From Deltaproteobacteria bacterium (GTDB taxonomy: Bacteria; Myxococcota_A; Polyangia; Polyangiales; Houyiibacteriaceae), in NCBI GenBank assembly GCA_034670305.1, contig JAXMNT010000028.1, positions 1 through 64,000 of the forward strand: DNA of 64,000 nt, read 5' to 3'. The stretch's first letter is position 1; each line of letters opens with the position of its first letter. Of this stretch, positions 9,800 through 20,270 are shown in pieces. Below the pieces are notes generated by a model. It saw nothing but the letters and a program-made list of their open reading frames with translations. It did no database searches and was not told the DNA's origin. Position numbers and translations under genes: made by a program.

Positions 9800-10678
9800 C
9801 TACCGCAGCGTGATCGATCCGAGCGTGCCGTTCGGCGCTTCTTCCCGGAACAGGAAGTAGCCGCCCACCCCAGCCGCAGCGACGATTCCGACGACGATGA
9901 GGGCGATCCACCACTTGGAACCGCCCTCTTCTTCTTCGACGACCGGCACGTCTGGTCCGACGACCACGTTGCTCTGCCCGTTGCCCTCGCCGGACTGCGC
10001 CGGAATCGACAGCTCGAGCGGCTCCGCTTCGTCGCCGAGCTGCCCGAGCGGCGTCATGGAGGGGGCGAGCGCCAGGATGAAGTACTGGACCTCTTGCTCC
10101 GCGTTGGGCGCCCCCACGAGCGGGATGCGTCCACGGGCGACGCCGCGCTCGTCCAGGTTCATCACCAAACGCGCAAACCGTGGTGCGCCACCCGTTCGGT
10201 AGGCCAGGCGCACCTCTTGGACCGCGTGCAGGCCCGCGCCGACCCGAACCTCGACCATCGGAGACTCGCGCTGGGCCACCGAGGGCGGCTCGTGGATCAG
10301 CGTGACCTCGACGGTCTCGGGGTGCCGCTCACGCGCCCGCTGGAAAGCCGCCTGAACGAGCGGACTCGCGTCGGCGTCCGAGAGGCGGTGTCCCGGGTCC
10401 CGGGCATAGAGCTCCGAGAGGACCGCGTCGGCGCGCTCCTGGTCGCGGTGGGCCACATGCGCGGTCGCCAGCACCTCGAGCCCGATGTTGCGATCGTTCG
10501 CGTCCAGATCGCCCCGCTCCAGAAAACGGCCGGCCGCGGTCACGGCGTCGTCGAACCGAGCGAACTGGATCATCTCGCGGATCTCCGCGATCACGACCGA
10601 AGGAGAGTCCTGCGCGTCCGCCAGCTGGCTCGAGGCCAGGCTGGTGAGCAGGATCGCGGAAATCAGCAACAATCGCAT
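9800..10678 (-). CDS. Secreted TPR-like protein with C-terminal membrane anchor
   Basis: Signal peptide MRLLLISAILL…; helical domain; KWWI + TM + APNGTL; same architecture as 1767-2786. Confidence 0.8.
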   Translation of the reverse strand: MRLLLISAILLTSLASSQLADAQDSPSVVIAEIREMIQFARFDDAVTAAGRFLERGDLDANDRNIGLEVLATAHVAHRDQERADAVLSELYARDPGHRLSDADASPLVQAAFQRARERHPETVEVTLIHEPPSVAQRESPMVEVRVGAGLHAVQEVRLAYRTGGAPRFARLVMNLDERGVARGRIPLVGAPNAEQEVQYFILALAPSMTPLGQLGDEAEPLELSIPAQSGEGNGQSNVVVGPDVPVVEEEEGGSKWWIALIVVGIVAAAGVGGYFLFREEAPNGTLGSITLR

Positions 10679-10988
10679 CGCGACCGAAGATAGGCCGACC
10701 GGGCCCCCCCGTCGACGGGTCTTTCTTTCCCACGACGGGCCCTGCGTTGCTCGCGAGTGCTGTCTCGGAATGGCCGTGCCGCCAAGGAATATTGTCTCTC
10801 GCGAGGGAGGCTCTGCTTCAGAGCCGTTTCCCAGGGCCCCAAGAAAGCCGAAGGCGTCTGGGCCCGCAGGAACCCCGCGAGAGACCAGCAATATTCGACA
10901 GCGTGCAGCCTCGCGAAGCGAGCCAGCGGTGTCATCGGGACGGGGTTTGGGGGCCGTGCCCCCAAAGGAATACTGCTATGATGCGGGG

Positions 10989-12851
10989 GTGACCGCCGAG
11001 CGCAGCATGGTGCGCAACCTTCCGGCGATTTGCCCCTTTGGCCGGTACGAACTCCTCGGACGCCTCGCGGTGGGCGGCATGGCGGAGATCTACCTCGCGC
11101 GGGAGCGGCCCACGGTCGCGGGCGCCGAGGCGCGGCACCTGGTCATCAAACGCATCCTCCAGCACGTCGCCGACGACGACGTGTTCCTCCGCATGTTCCT
11201 CGACGAAGCCCGGCTTCAGATGCGGCTGCGCCATCCGTCCATCGTGCACGTGTACGAGTTCGGCGAGGAGCAGGGCTCCTACTACCTGGCCATGGAGTGG
11301 GTGGATGGAGTCGCGCTCGGCAAGCTCATCCGGCGCGCCCGCGAGCAAGGCAACCTGCCGCCGCCGGTGGTGGTGAAGATCATCTCGCGCATCGCCGAAG
11401 CGCTCCACCACGCCCACATGGCGACCGACGACGACGGCTCCTCGCTCGGCATCGTGCACCGCGACGTGAGTCCGCAGAACATCATGGTCAGCTACGACGG
11501 CGCCGTGAAGCTGCTCGACTTCGGCATCGCGAAAGCCACCATTCACCACACCAAGACCCAAGAAGGTCAGGTGAAGGGCAAGTTCGCGTACATGGCCCCC
11601 GAGCAGTGTCTTGGCGAAGCGATGGACGGACGGGCGGACGTCTTCGCGCTCGGCGTCTGTCTGTACGAAGCGCTCACCGGTCGACCGCTCTACCACCGCA
11701 AGACCCAGTACGAGACGATGCGCGCCGTGATCGAGTCGCAGGTGCCCTCGATTCGAAAACTCGAACCGGACCTGCCCGAGGCGCTCGACCTGATCGTGCA
11801 GAAGGCGCTCGCCAAACACGCTTCGGATCGCTTCAGCAGCGCCGGCGAGATGCAGATGGCGCTCGAGCGCTGGCTCCAGTCGGAACAGCACATCGTGGCG
11901 CCGCCGCACATCACCTCGGTGCTCGAGGGCGTCTTCGGCGAGGAGATCCGCCGCGGCCCGATGGTGAGTTCCACTCCATTCGGGGAGTCCTTCAAGATCG
12001 GCGAACGCCCTTCTCTCCCGGGCTCCGATCCACCGCCTGGGCTCGCGTTGCCACCGGCCACCCCTTCCGCCGAGCTCATCAGCGCAGACCTCATCTCGGC
12101 CACGCCGGCGTTGATGGATCTGGATCCGTTGCCTTCGCAACCGCCCCCCAGCAACCGGACCCCACTGATCGTGGGGCTCGTCGTGCTCTTGCTGCTTCTC
12201 GGCGTGGGTGGCGTGGTCGCCTGGCAGTCGATGACCCCTGAGACGTCCCCGCAACTCGGCGTGGTCACCCAAGGGGTGCCGCCCACCGTCGGGGGGCCCG
12301 CCGAATCCGCGACGTCGGGGATGGCCATGCCGGTCCCGGTGCCGACCCACAACCCCGAGGCGACGCCGGCCGCGCGCGGCAGCATCACCTTCCGGAGCGA
12401 TCCACCAGGGGCGGTGGTCTGGCTCGGAGACCGCCAAGTGCCTGGGGTCACGCCGACCTCGCTCGGCGACATCGTGCCCGACCGCTACGAGACTCGACTC
12501 GAGCTCGAGGGGTACCGCGACTGGACCGCGACCGTGGATGTGCAGCCCGGCCGAGAAGCCGAGATCTCGGCCGAACTGCGGCGGCGCCGCGACCCATCGC
12601 GCATGGTGGCCATGATGCGTGCGCAAACCACCGGCGCCGCCGGGAGCATCTCGATCAACACCCGCCCCTGGTCGAAGGTGTACGTCGGCTCTCGACTGCT
12701 CGGCACGACGCCCATCGGCCGGGCGGAAGTCCCGAGTGGTTCCGTGACGCTCCGCATCGTCGACCGAGACGGGAACGAACACCGGCGCCAGGCCAACGTG
12801 GGCGCCGGCGAAGACACCCGCCTGTTCTTCGATCTGAGCGGCGTGCAGTGA
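10989..12851 (+). CDS. Hanks-type Ser/Thr protein kinase with TM helix and PEGA domains
   Basis: LAVGGMAEIY, HRDVSPQN, DFGIAK, YMAPEQ; TM; SDPPGA, GTTP; start GTG 10989 or ATG 11007. Confidence 0.93.
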   Translation: MTAERSMVRNLPAICPFGRYELLGRLAVGGMAEIYLARERPTVAGAEARHLVIKRILQHVADDDVFLRMFLDEARLQMRLRHPSIVHVYEFGEEQGSYYLAMEWVDGVALGKLIRRAREQGNLPPPVVVKIISRIAEALHHAHMATDDDGSSLGIVHRDVSPQNIMVSYDGAVKLLDFGIAKATIHHTKTQEGQVKGKFAYMAPEQCLGEAMDGRADVFALGVCLYEALTGRPLYHRKTQYETMRAVIESQVPSIRKLEPDLPEALDLIVQKALAKHASDRFSSAGEMQMALERWLQSEQHIVAPPHITSVLEGVFGEEIRRGPMVSSTPFGESFKIGERPSLPGSDPPPGLALPPATPSAELISADLISATPALMDLDPLPSQPPPSNRTPLIVGLVVLLLLLGVGGVVAWQSMTPETSPQLGVVTQGVPPTVGGPAESATSGMAMPVPVPTHNPEATPAARGSITFRSDPPGAVVWLGDRQVPGVTPTSLGDIVPDRYETRLELEGYRDWTATVDVQPGREAEISAELRRRRDPSRMVAMMRAQTTGAAGSISINTRPWSKVYVGSRLLGTTPIGRAEVPSGSVTLRIVDRDGNEHRRQANVGAGEDTRLFFDLSGVQ

Positions 12852-12918
12852 TCGCTGCGGCGTCGTGACCATGCATCGGCCCCTCGTAACGCGTCGCACG
12901 CGGGCCCGTACGTGCTCC

Positions 12919-13662
12919 ATGACCCTTCGATTCTTGTTCGTCCTCGTCCTCGCGGGCTGTACTGCAGACCCTGCGTCCGAGGACGCCGGATCCCGTGGCG
13001 ACAGCGGTGCTGCGGACGACAGCGGTCTCGCACTGGATGCGCCCGCCAGCGATGCGGACGACGGTGTGGACGCGCCCGGTTGCCGGCCGTTCTGCGGCGA
13101 GACCGAATGCGGTGACGATGGCTGCGGAGGAAGCTGCGGTACCTGCGAAGCCGGGGAGTCCTGCGCGGAGGGCATGTGCGGACCCCGCACGTTCGGGTGC
13201 CCGCCCACCGCGCCCTTCGGCACCGCCGAAGGCGACGTGGCCGCCGACGCGGTCCTCTTCGATTGCGACGGCAACGAAGTCGCACTCCACACCCTCTGCG
13301 ACGCCGACGTCTCGTGGGTCTTCGAGTTCGCCGACTGGTGCCCGCCCTGTCGCACCTTTGCGCGCGACGACGTGCAGCGCATCTGGACCGAGTACAGCGC
13401 GCGCGGCGTCGAAGGCTACTTCGTCGTTTCGGCGGACGGCAGCTTCAACGCGCCGACCCAGTCGCTCTGCAACGAAGTGCGCGACCGCTACGGGCTGACG
13501 ATGCCGGTGCTCTTCGACCCGACCGGTGCACTCCAGACCGCGCTCGGCATCAACGCGAACGCCTGGAACATCCTCTTCCAGAAGGGCATGGTCATCGACT
13601 GGAAGGGCAAGTACGCCGAAGCCGAAGTCGAAGGCGAGCTCGCCGCCCGCGTCCCTGAGTAG
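12919..13662 (+). CDS. Lipoprotein with Cys-rich linker and thioredoxin-like (redoxin) domain
   Basis: Lipobox LVLAGC; CGDDGCGGSCGTC repeat; FADWCPPC CxxC motif. Confidence 0.85.
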   Translation: MTLRFLFVLVLAGCTADPASEDAGSRGDSGAADDSGLALDAPASDADDGVDAPGCRPFCGETECGDDGCGGSCGTCEAGESCAEGMCGPRTFGCPPTAPFGTAEGDVAADAVLFDCDGNEVALHTLCDADVSWVFEFADWCPPCRTFARDDVQRIWTEYSARGVEGYFVVSADGSFNAPTQSLCNEVRDRYGLTMPVLFDPTGALQTALGINANAWNILFQKGMVIDWKGKYAEAEVEGELAARVPE

Positions 13663-13828
13663 GCGTTGACGCGGTCCCAAGCCTTGCGGTGCGGGTCGGC
13701 TGTGGACGCGTTCCTGCTTTGGATTGGCGCCTACGACGGCACTCGCGCCGCTTTCGTGCCGATGGTGACGCACGCACTCTGGATCGCGCAGTTGGCCTGG
13801 GGCCTACACGCCATCTTCGGCTGACCAC

Positions 13829-15013
13829 TCAGTGCCAGAGCGGCGCGACGTCTTCGAACCGGCGTCGCAGGTCGGTTTCGTCGAGGCCGAAGTCGGCGAG
13901 CCCGTACTCGTGTTTGCCATGCGGATCTCTGGGTTGTGCACTGAGCGTCGAACGAAACGCGTCCGCGAGCGAAGGCTCGAACGGCAAGCCGAAGTGGTCG
14001 TACGCCTTCTCCAGCGCCGCACCCACGTCGGCGGTGAGTGACTTCAGCGAGAGGTCGAAGAAGGGCGACGGGTTGTTCGAGGCCGCGCGACACGCGAAGT
14101 AGCGGTCCATGCCGAGCCGGTAGTAGTCCCGCCAGAACACGCCGAGCGCTTTCTGGTCGACCGGCCCGCCCATCCGGCTGGTCATCGACGAGAGGCTGCA
14201 GTTCGAAGGGAGCGACTTCACCACGTCGCGGTGGGTGACGATCACACAGGCGTCCGGGAACACCCGCAGCAAAACGTCGAGGTTCCACAGATGCCATGGG
14301 CACTTCATCACCCAGCGCGGACGGCCGCGGCTGCGTCGCGCCCCATGGCCGCGCCGCTCGGCGTCCCAGGTCAGAAGCTGCATCTGAGTGCGCAGGAACT
14401 GGTACGTCGGCTCGAGGTCGGTGGCCAGCACCTCGAACCCGTAGTCGTACCCGCCGAAGGTGTTGAACAGGGTGGTGGAGACCATGTCGTTCTCCAGCAG
14501 GAAGAAACACTCCTCGGGTCCGTCCGGCGTGATGTGGTGCGCCCGCTTCTGACCGGGCACGAGCCGGTCGTTCCAGCGGAAGGTGCGCTCGGTGCGGGCG
14601 TAGCGAAGCTCTTCGTCCTTGCGCGGGTCCGGATGAAGCGGTGCCGGATGGCTGAGCTCCCAGGTGAGCGGGATGCGGCAGCTCGGGTCCGCGGCCATCA
14701 ACCGATGCAGCAGAGTGGTGCCGGTGCGGTACCAACCGGTGATGAAGATCGGTCGCTCGATCGGCACGTGGCGGATCTCCGGCACCCGCTCGAGTTGCTG
14801 TACGACCCGCAGCCGGTTTTCGAGGTGCCACCGGTAGTAGGCCCGCGCCATGAACCGGCCTTGGAAGCTCAAGTTCGCGCGTTCGAGCACGCCGCAGACG
14901 GTCCGCAGATGGTTCAGGACGCGCCCGTCGCCCCAGTCGGAGAGCCCGGTCGAACGCTCGGCCCACCGCCGAAAGCTCGGCTCGTCCAATCGGATCAGTC
15001 GTTCAGCCCACAT
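13829..15013 (-). CDS. Sulfotransferase family protein
   Basis: PIFITGWYRTGTT PAPS-binding loop; WVMKCPWH; VTHRD; start uncertain. Confidence 0.88.
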   Translation of the reverse strand: MWAERLIRLDEPSFRRWAERSTGLSDWGDGRVLNHLRTVCGVLERANLSFQGRFMARAYYRWHLENRLRVVQQLERVPEIRHVPIERPIFITGWYRTGTTLLHRLMAADPSCRIPLTWELSHPAPLHPDPRKDEELRYARTERTFRWNDRLVPGQKRAHHITPDGPEECFFLLENDMVSTTLFNTFGGYDYGFEVLATDLEPTYQFLRTQMQLLTWDAERRGHGARRSRGRPRWVMKCPWHLWNLDVLLRVFPDACVIVTHRDVVKSLPSNCSLSSMTSRMGGPVDQKALGVFWRDYYRLGMDRYFACRAASNNPSPFFDLSLKSLTADVGAALEKAYDHFGLPFEPSLADAFRSTLSAQPRDPHGKHEYGLADFGLDETDLRRRFEDVAPLWH

Positions 15014-15087
15014 CTGCCATTCCGTACCGCGGTCCAACTGCGGATCGTGAAGCGGTGCGCCGTGTCGGTTCGTCGTTGGGCACGGAA

Positions 15088-15780
15088 TCAGAAGAACAGC
15101 AAAGAGACCGCGAACTCGAAGACCGGGTACGCGATGCGTCCGAACACGACCCACGCGACCACGAGCCCGACCATGGCCGCACCGCGATCGCGAAAGAGGT
15201 CGTGCCACTTGTGGGTCAGCCGTTCCGACAGGAAGAGCGGCACCACCGCGTGGCCGTCGAGTGGTGGCACCGGGAGCAGGTTGAAGAGCCCGAGCAAGAG
15301 GTTCACGGAGAACAGCACGCTCACAAAGGTGGTGGCCACGGTCGCTTCGCCGGTCGCGCCGACGACCACACCGTCGAGCATGAACCCGCCCCGCGTCCAG
15401 CCCCACCAGGTCAGACCCGCGAAGATGACGCCGGTCGCGATCGCCGCGAGCACGAGGTTGGAGAGTGGTCCCGCCGCCGCCATCCACGCCGCACGTTTGG
15501 GGTGGCGCGCCGCCCAGCCGGGATCGAAAGGCGCGCTCGCGAACGCGATCATCCAGTGGCCGCCGTTGAGCAGGAACGACGCAATGGGCACCAGCAGCAT
15601 GCCGAAGGGCGAACGTTTGATGTGCGGGGTCGGATCCAGGGTGACCTGCTCGTGGGCCGTGTCGTCGCCGCCGAGTTTGCCGGCCAGCGCGTGGGCGGCC
15701 TCGTGCAACGTCACCGAGAACAACGTCGCCACGAACCACACCGGCAACGCCCGCAGCATGTCCGCGTCTAGGTTCGGCAC
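15088..15780 (-). CDS. Site-2 protease (peptidase M50) family protein
   Basis: HEAAH, AAAGPLSN, FNLLPVPPLDG; multiple TM helices. Confidence 0.92.
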   Translation of the reverse strand: MPNLDADMLRALPVWFVATLFSVTLHEAAHALAGKLGGDDTAHEQVTLDPTPHIKRSPFGMLLVPIASFLLNGGHWMIAFASAPFDPGWAARHPKRAAWMAAAGPLSNLVLAAIATGVIFAGLTWWGWTRGGFMLDGVVVGATGEATVATTFVSVLFSVNLLLGLFNLLPVPPLDGHAVVPLFLSERLTHKWHDLFRDRGAAMVGLVVAWVVFGRIAYPVFEFAVSLLFF

Positions 15781-15808
15781 AGTCGCTCCGGAATCGCCAC
15801 GGGGATTC

Positions 15809-17098
15809 CTACCAAACCCCCCGGGGCTGGGCCACTCGCGCGACGTTCTGCATGGACGATGCCGCGGACCGAAGAAACCGGCGCCAGGCACGGCGCGGCC
15901 GCACCCGGTGGCGCACATGCGCAAAGCCCGCGAACGAGAACCCGATGCCGACCGCCGAGCCGAGCAGCATGCCGACCCCGAACGCATCGCCCCCTCCGCC
16001 GCCCCGCGCGATCGTCAACGACCCGAGCACCGCGGCCGCCAACGAGAAGAGAAGCCCGACCGGCGCCGCATACGCGCTTTGAAACGACGCGGCGCCCACG
16101 ACCGCCACCACCAGCCCCATGCCGAGCCCGTAGCCACCAAAGATCCAGTCGGGCGCATCGGCGCGCATGAAGAAGGGCAACGTGGCGAGCAACGACGCAG
16201 CCAGCACCAGCCCCGCACCCACACCCACCGCGCGCACGGGCGTGAGGCTCCGTCGCGGCCACCGTCGCGCCACCGCACGCGGCGGCCGGGCCTGCCGCCA
16301 CAGCCCCAACACATCCAACCAAGACCCCCACCCCCGCAGCGGCGCCACCGCCTCCGCCCACTGCTCGAGCAACGCCACCACCTCCCGCGCCTCCCCATCG
16401 AGCTCCGCCCGCTCCGCCACCCCCGCCAGCCGCCCCAGCTCCGCGATTCGATCGACCAGCGCCGAAGGAACAACCCGCAACCCACACCGCCGCCGCCCAC
16501 CGGCATCGACTACCGCAACCGCAACCGAGTCGGATTCGGCGCCAGCGTCGGATTCGGATTCGGATTCGGATTCGGACTCGGCATCGGATTCGACATCGGC
16601 TTCGGCTTCGGCTTCGGCTTCGGCTTCGGCTTCGGCTTCGGCATCGGCTTCGGCTTCGGATTCGGCATCGGCTTCGGCTTCGGCTTCGGCTTCGGCGTCG
16701 GCTTCGGCGTCGGCCTCGGCATCGGCATCGGCATCGGCATCGGCATCGGCATCGGCATCGGCATCGGCATCGGCATCGGCTTCGGATCCAACCGCCAACG
16801 CCTCGACCATCGCCGCCGCCGTCTCCCGCAGCTGCCGGGGCGTCGTCACCGATCGCGCCGCGAGCTCAGCGACCTTCACGTTGTCGAGCGCACGGGCCAA
16901 ACAACGAAGCGGCAGCGGCGAAGGCCGACCCTCTGCGCGCAGACGTCTCACGCGATCGGTGGCGGTCACCAGGGACTGATCCTCGATCGCGCGCGCGAGG
17001 TCCTGGTGTATGCCGAGTTGTGCGCGCGCCGGGGTTCCGCTGACGAGCGTCGCCAGCACGAGCACCCACCCTGCCCCACGGGCTATTCTTCTGCGCAT
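15809..17098 (-). CDS. Hypothetical membrane protein with in-frame (EA/DA)n acidic linker
   Basis: Signal peptide [15 protein letters not shown]…; hexamer tract read in frame; about 4 C-terminal TM helices. Confidence 0.6.
   Translation of the reverse strand: MRRRIARGAGWVLVLATLVSGTPARAQLGIHQDLARAIEDQSLVTATDRVRRLRAEGRPSPLPLRCLARALDNVKVAELAARSVTTPRQLRETAAAMVEALAVGSEADADADADADADADADADADAEADAEADAEAEAEAEADAESEAEADAEAEAEAEAEAEAEADVESDAESESESESESDAGAESDSVAVAVVDAGGRRRCGLRVVPSALVDRIAELGRLAGVAERAELDGEAREVVALLEQWAEAVAPLRGWGSWLDVLGLWRQARPPRAVARRWPRRSLTPVRAVGVGAGLVLAASLLATLPFFMRADAPDWIFGGYGLGMGLVVAVVGAASFQSAYAAPVGLLFSLAAAVLGSLTIARGGGGGDAFGVGMLLGSAVGIGFSFAGFAHVRHRVRPRRAWRRFLRSAASSMQNVARVAQPRGVW
16525..16787. 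repeat. TCGGCN/TCGGAT hexamer tract within CDS
   Basis: Directly visible. Confidence 0.93.
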
Positions 17099-17955
17099 TG
17101 GCGCCTCCGAGCGAGGTCGGTCGAGGCGCGCCGACAGCGCACCACCCGCGCGATGGCGCCGAGCGCGAGCGGGGCGTCGGCGAGTGCGCCCCCGAGCACG
17201 CTCTGACCGAAGACGCGCAGCTCCTGGCTCGCTCTCGGCGCGAAGGCCGTGAGGGCCCCGAGCGCCAGGCCGACGCCCCAAGCGAGCACGCCGCGCAGCA
17301 GCGGGGTGAGCGAACCGCGGCGCCACGCACGACCAAACCCCAGACCGAGGAGCGCGCCGACGGAGATGCCTGCCAGGCCCAACACATGCCGGCGGTCTCC
17401 CGTGCGTTCCCGCAGCAACACGAACTGTCCGAAGACGCTCGCAAACAGCAGCGGCCCCGCGGTGAGCTGCGGCGTGTACCGCCAAGTCTTCATCGGCGGG
17501 CGACGCAGCCGCCGCGCGTCATGGAAGCGGCGCACGTCGTCCCAGTCGGTTGGAGGTCCCACCGTCGGCAGGGGCCGCCGCGGGTCCCAGTCCTCTAGGG
17601 CGGCGGCGCGGTCGCCCATCGAGGGCAACCCGAAGTCCGTGGACGCACAGATCTCGTAGGTCTGTCGGGCCACCTCGGCGTGGGTCCGGAGCGTCGCCCG
17701 GAGCGCGCGGTCGAGGTCGGCGGCAAGCTCCGAGGACTCGTCGAAGGGGGACCAGGCTTCCGTCAGCGCCTGGTCGTGCACCAGGCCGAGGACGCATGCG
17801 AGGAGGGGGTCACTCTGTGCCGTTTCGAGCGGAGTGGCCAGCAAGCTGGCCCGATCGTGGATTCGGATGTCCCGTTCGAGCGACTGCGCGTGGGCGCGGA
17901 GGGGGGTGACACAGGTCCACGTGAGAAGGAGAACAAGCAAGTAATTATGAAGCAT
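17083..17955 (-). CDS. Hypothetical secreted/membrane protein
   Basis: Signal peptide MLHNYLLVLLL…AHA|Q; C-terminal hydrophobic helices; overlaps the next gene by 16 bp. Confidence 0.6.
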   Translation of the reverse strand: MLHNYLLVLLLTWTCVTPLRAHAQSLERDIRIHDRASLLATPLETAQSDPLLACVLGLVHDQALTEAWSPFDESSELAADLDRALRATLRTHAEVARQTYEICASTDFGLPSMGDRAAALEDWDPRRPLPTVGPPTDWDDVRRFHDARRLRRPPMKTWRYTPQLTAGPLLFASVFGQFVLLRERTGDRRHVLGLAGISVGALLGLGFGRAWRRGSLTPLLRGVLAWGVGLALGALTAFAPRASQELRVFGQSVLGGALADAPLALGAIARVVRCRRASTDLARRRQCAEE

Positions 17956-18071
17956 CTTGACGTCCAGAACCAAGGCAGAAGCCAAGTGGACGTTGGAACA
18001 TGGCACTAGATTCTCTGCTCAGGCACAGAAAGACACTATTCGACACGAATCGGCCATTTTCGGCGATGCGA

Positions 18072-18453
18072 TGCCCTTGCCCTTGCTTGTCCGAAGCCGA
18101 AGCCGAAGCCGAAGCCGAATCCGAAGCCGAAGCCGAATCCGAAGCCGAAGCCGAAGCCGAAGCCGAAGCCGAAGCCGAAGCCGAAGCCGAATCCGAAGCC
18201 GAATCCGCTGACCGCTGCCGCTGACCGCTGACCGCTGCCGCTGCCTCTGCCGCTGCCGCTGCCGCTGCCTCTGCCTCTGCCTCTGCCGCTGACCGCTGCC
18301 GCTGCCGCTGCCGCTGCCTCTGCCTCTGCCTCTGCCTCTGCCGCTGACCGCTGCCCCTGCCCCTGCCGCTGACCGCTGCCGCTGCCGCTGCCGCTGCCGC
18401 TGCCGCTGCCGCTGCCGCTGCCGCTGCCGCTGCCGCCGCCGCCGCCGCCGCTG
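18072..18453. repeat. Composite repeat: (GCCCTT)2 + (GCCGAA)n + (GCCGCT/GCCTCT)n
   Basis: Directly visible blocks. Confidence 0.93.
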
Positions 18454-18706
18454 ACCACGGCGGGACGCTCGATCTTCGGCCGAAATTAATGCCGACCCGC
18501 CTTCTACGCTCTTGTCTTGGGGGGTCCGAGCGGGGAAGACGGGTCGTTCTGAGAACCGAAGAGAGTGCCGGGTTGGTGGGCCCGACACCCAGTCACTTTG
18601 CAAGGGGAAGGCCAAGTGCAAAGGCCGGCATTTGTTGGTGTTTTGGGCCCTCGAGTGTGGGAAGAAACCCACATCGGGGGTGGTCTCCATCCTACGAACG
18701 GAGCCC

Positions 18707-19636
18707 TCAGGGATCCCAGTCGAAGCCGATGCGGGTACCGAAGAGGATGCCGTGTTCGATGGGCAGCCCATGGGCGGCGGGCACGACGCGGTAGCCCACC
18801 CAGAGCACCGCGTAGGGCATGAAGCTGGAGACGCGTGGAGTGGTCAGCCCGTAGCCCACGGTGAACCGAACCCCGTGCCGTGTGTCGTCCGCGAAGCGCG
18901 CCGTGTAGGCCGCTTCGAAGTCGATGACCCGATCGTTGTTGGCGATCCGCAGCAGCAGCGGTGCGCCCGCCGCAAGGACCGCCTGAAACGACCGACGGCC
19001 CCCCGGCTCCTCCGGAAGTTCTCCATCCACCGCCACCTCCGCGCCGACCGCCAAGGTCAGTCGCGGGCCGATCCCGCCACCCAAGAAGAGTCGGCCGCCG
19101 CCGCCGCCGCCGATCGCCGCCTCCCCATCCGCGAAAAGCAGCGACGCGCCGCCCCGGCTCTCGAGCAGCACGACGAAGCGCCCCTCATCGCCCTCGAGGC
19201 CCGCGAACGCCTCGTCTTGCGCGATCCAGTACGGACACCTGCGCGCCTCGTCCCGTCCGCGCCGAAGCACCTCGGTGATGCGCTCGAGCCGCCGAGTCTC
19301 CCGGATCGAGCGGTTCAGCGAGGCGCCGTTCCGCTCGAACTGAAGACGGGAGGGGCCGCCTCGGCGTTCGATCTCGGTGGCGAGCCAGAGTTCGAGATCC
19401 TCGCGCGCTGCCTCTTGTGTCGAGCAGATGCTGCGCATGACGCCGCTGAGCGCATCGGCCACCTCGAGGTCGTCGATGACCCAGTCGTCGTTCTCCCGGA
19501 ACTCCACCGTCTTGCGCAGGTCGCGGTAGAGCCCGCGCGACGCGGTTTGAGGAGGCAACGGCGCGCACCCGAACAGCACCGCCCCTACCAGAAGCGACAC
19601 GAAGCAGCGGAGGCGGGGCGAAGGGCTCGACGACAT
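18707..19636 (-). CDS. Hypothetical lipoprotein with possible C-terminal beta-strand/barrel region
   Basis: Lipobox VLFGC; alternating hydrophobic strands; ends …IGFDWDP. Confidence 0.65.
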   Translation of the reverse strand: MSSSPSPRLRCFVSLLVGAVLFGCAPLPPQTASRGLYRDLRKTVEFRENDDWVIDDLEVADALSGVMRSICSTQEAAREDLELWLATEIERRGGPSRLQFERNGASLNRSIRETRRLERITEVLRRGRDEARRCPYWIAQDEAFAGLEGDEGRFVVLLESRGGASLLFADGEAAIGGGGGGRLFLGGGIGPRLTLAVGAEVAVDGELPEEPGGRRSFQAVLAAGAPLLLRIANNDRVIDFEAAYTARFADDTRHGVRFTVGYGLTTPRVSSFMPYAVLWVGYRVVPAAHGLPIEHGILFGTRIGFDWDP

Positions 19637-19667
19637 GGGCGGAGCATAGTCGCCGCCGTCGATCCCG

Positions 19668-20237
19668 CTACGGGGCGGGTTCGGCCAGCAGCGTCTGCAC
19701 CACCCGCTCGAGCTGCGCCATCTCGTTCGCACCCGCGCCCGAACCCACGTGCCGCACCTTGCCACTTCGGTCGATGACGAAAAGCGTCGGCAACGCCCGC
19801 ACCGAATAGGCGCGGTGCGTGTTGCGTGCGTTGCCCGCCAAGGTGTAGCCGACCGGATGCGCACCGGCGTGCCTTCGAACCGTGGCGGCGGACTCGTCGC
19901 TGAGCCCGACCACAGTCAGCCCTGCGGCGTGGTGCTGCTGGTGCAGTCGCTCGAGAACCGGTGAGATCATGCGGCAGGGTCCGCACCAGGTGGCCCAGAA
20001 ATCGAGCACCACCACGCGGCCCTGAAGGTCTTCGAGGCGGACCGGATCGGTGCCGCTGACCCGCTGACCGTTGATCTCCGGCGCGACGCTCCCCTGCTGG
20101 ACGAGCGAAGGCTGCGACGCACCGGTGAAATGACCGGCGCGCGGTGGAGCGGCTTGCGCCACCGAGACCGCCGCGACGACGAGCACCAGGACGCCCGTCC
20201 TCGTGGCCCTCGTCCCGCGCCCTTGCCGAAACCCCAT
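19668..20237 (-). CDS. TlpA-like thiol:disulfide oxidoreductase
   Basis: [24 protein letters not shown]. Confidence 0.93.
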   Translation of the reverse strand: MGFRQGRGTRATRTGVLVLVVAAVSVAQAAPPRAGHFTGASQPSLVQQGSVAPEINGQRVSGTDPVRLEDLQGRVVVLDFWATWCGPCRMISPVLERLHQQHHAAGLTVVGLSDESAATVRRHAGAHPVGYTLAGNARNTHRAYSVRALPTLFVIDRSGKVRHVGSGAGANEMAQLERVVQTLLAEPAP

Positions 20238-20270
20238 CGTTCGAGTCTACCGCACCAAGGCCCGAGGGGC

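Noticed and set aside
18001-18020. TGGCAC as a sigma54 promoter
   Set aside because: No GC at the required GG-N10-GC spacing, and it points into a repeat tract
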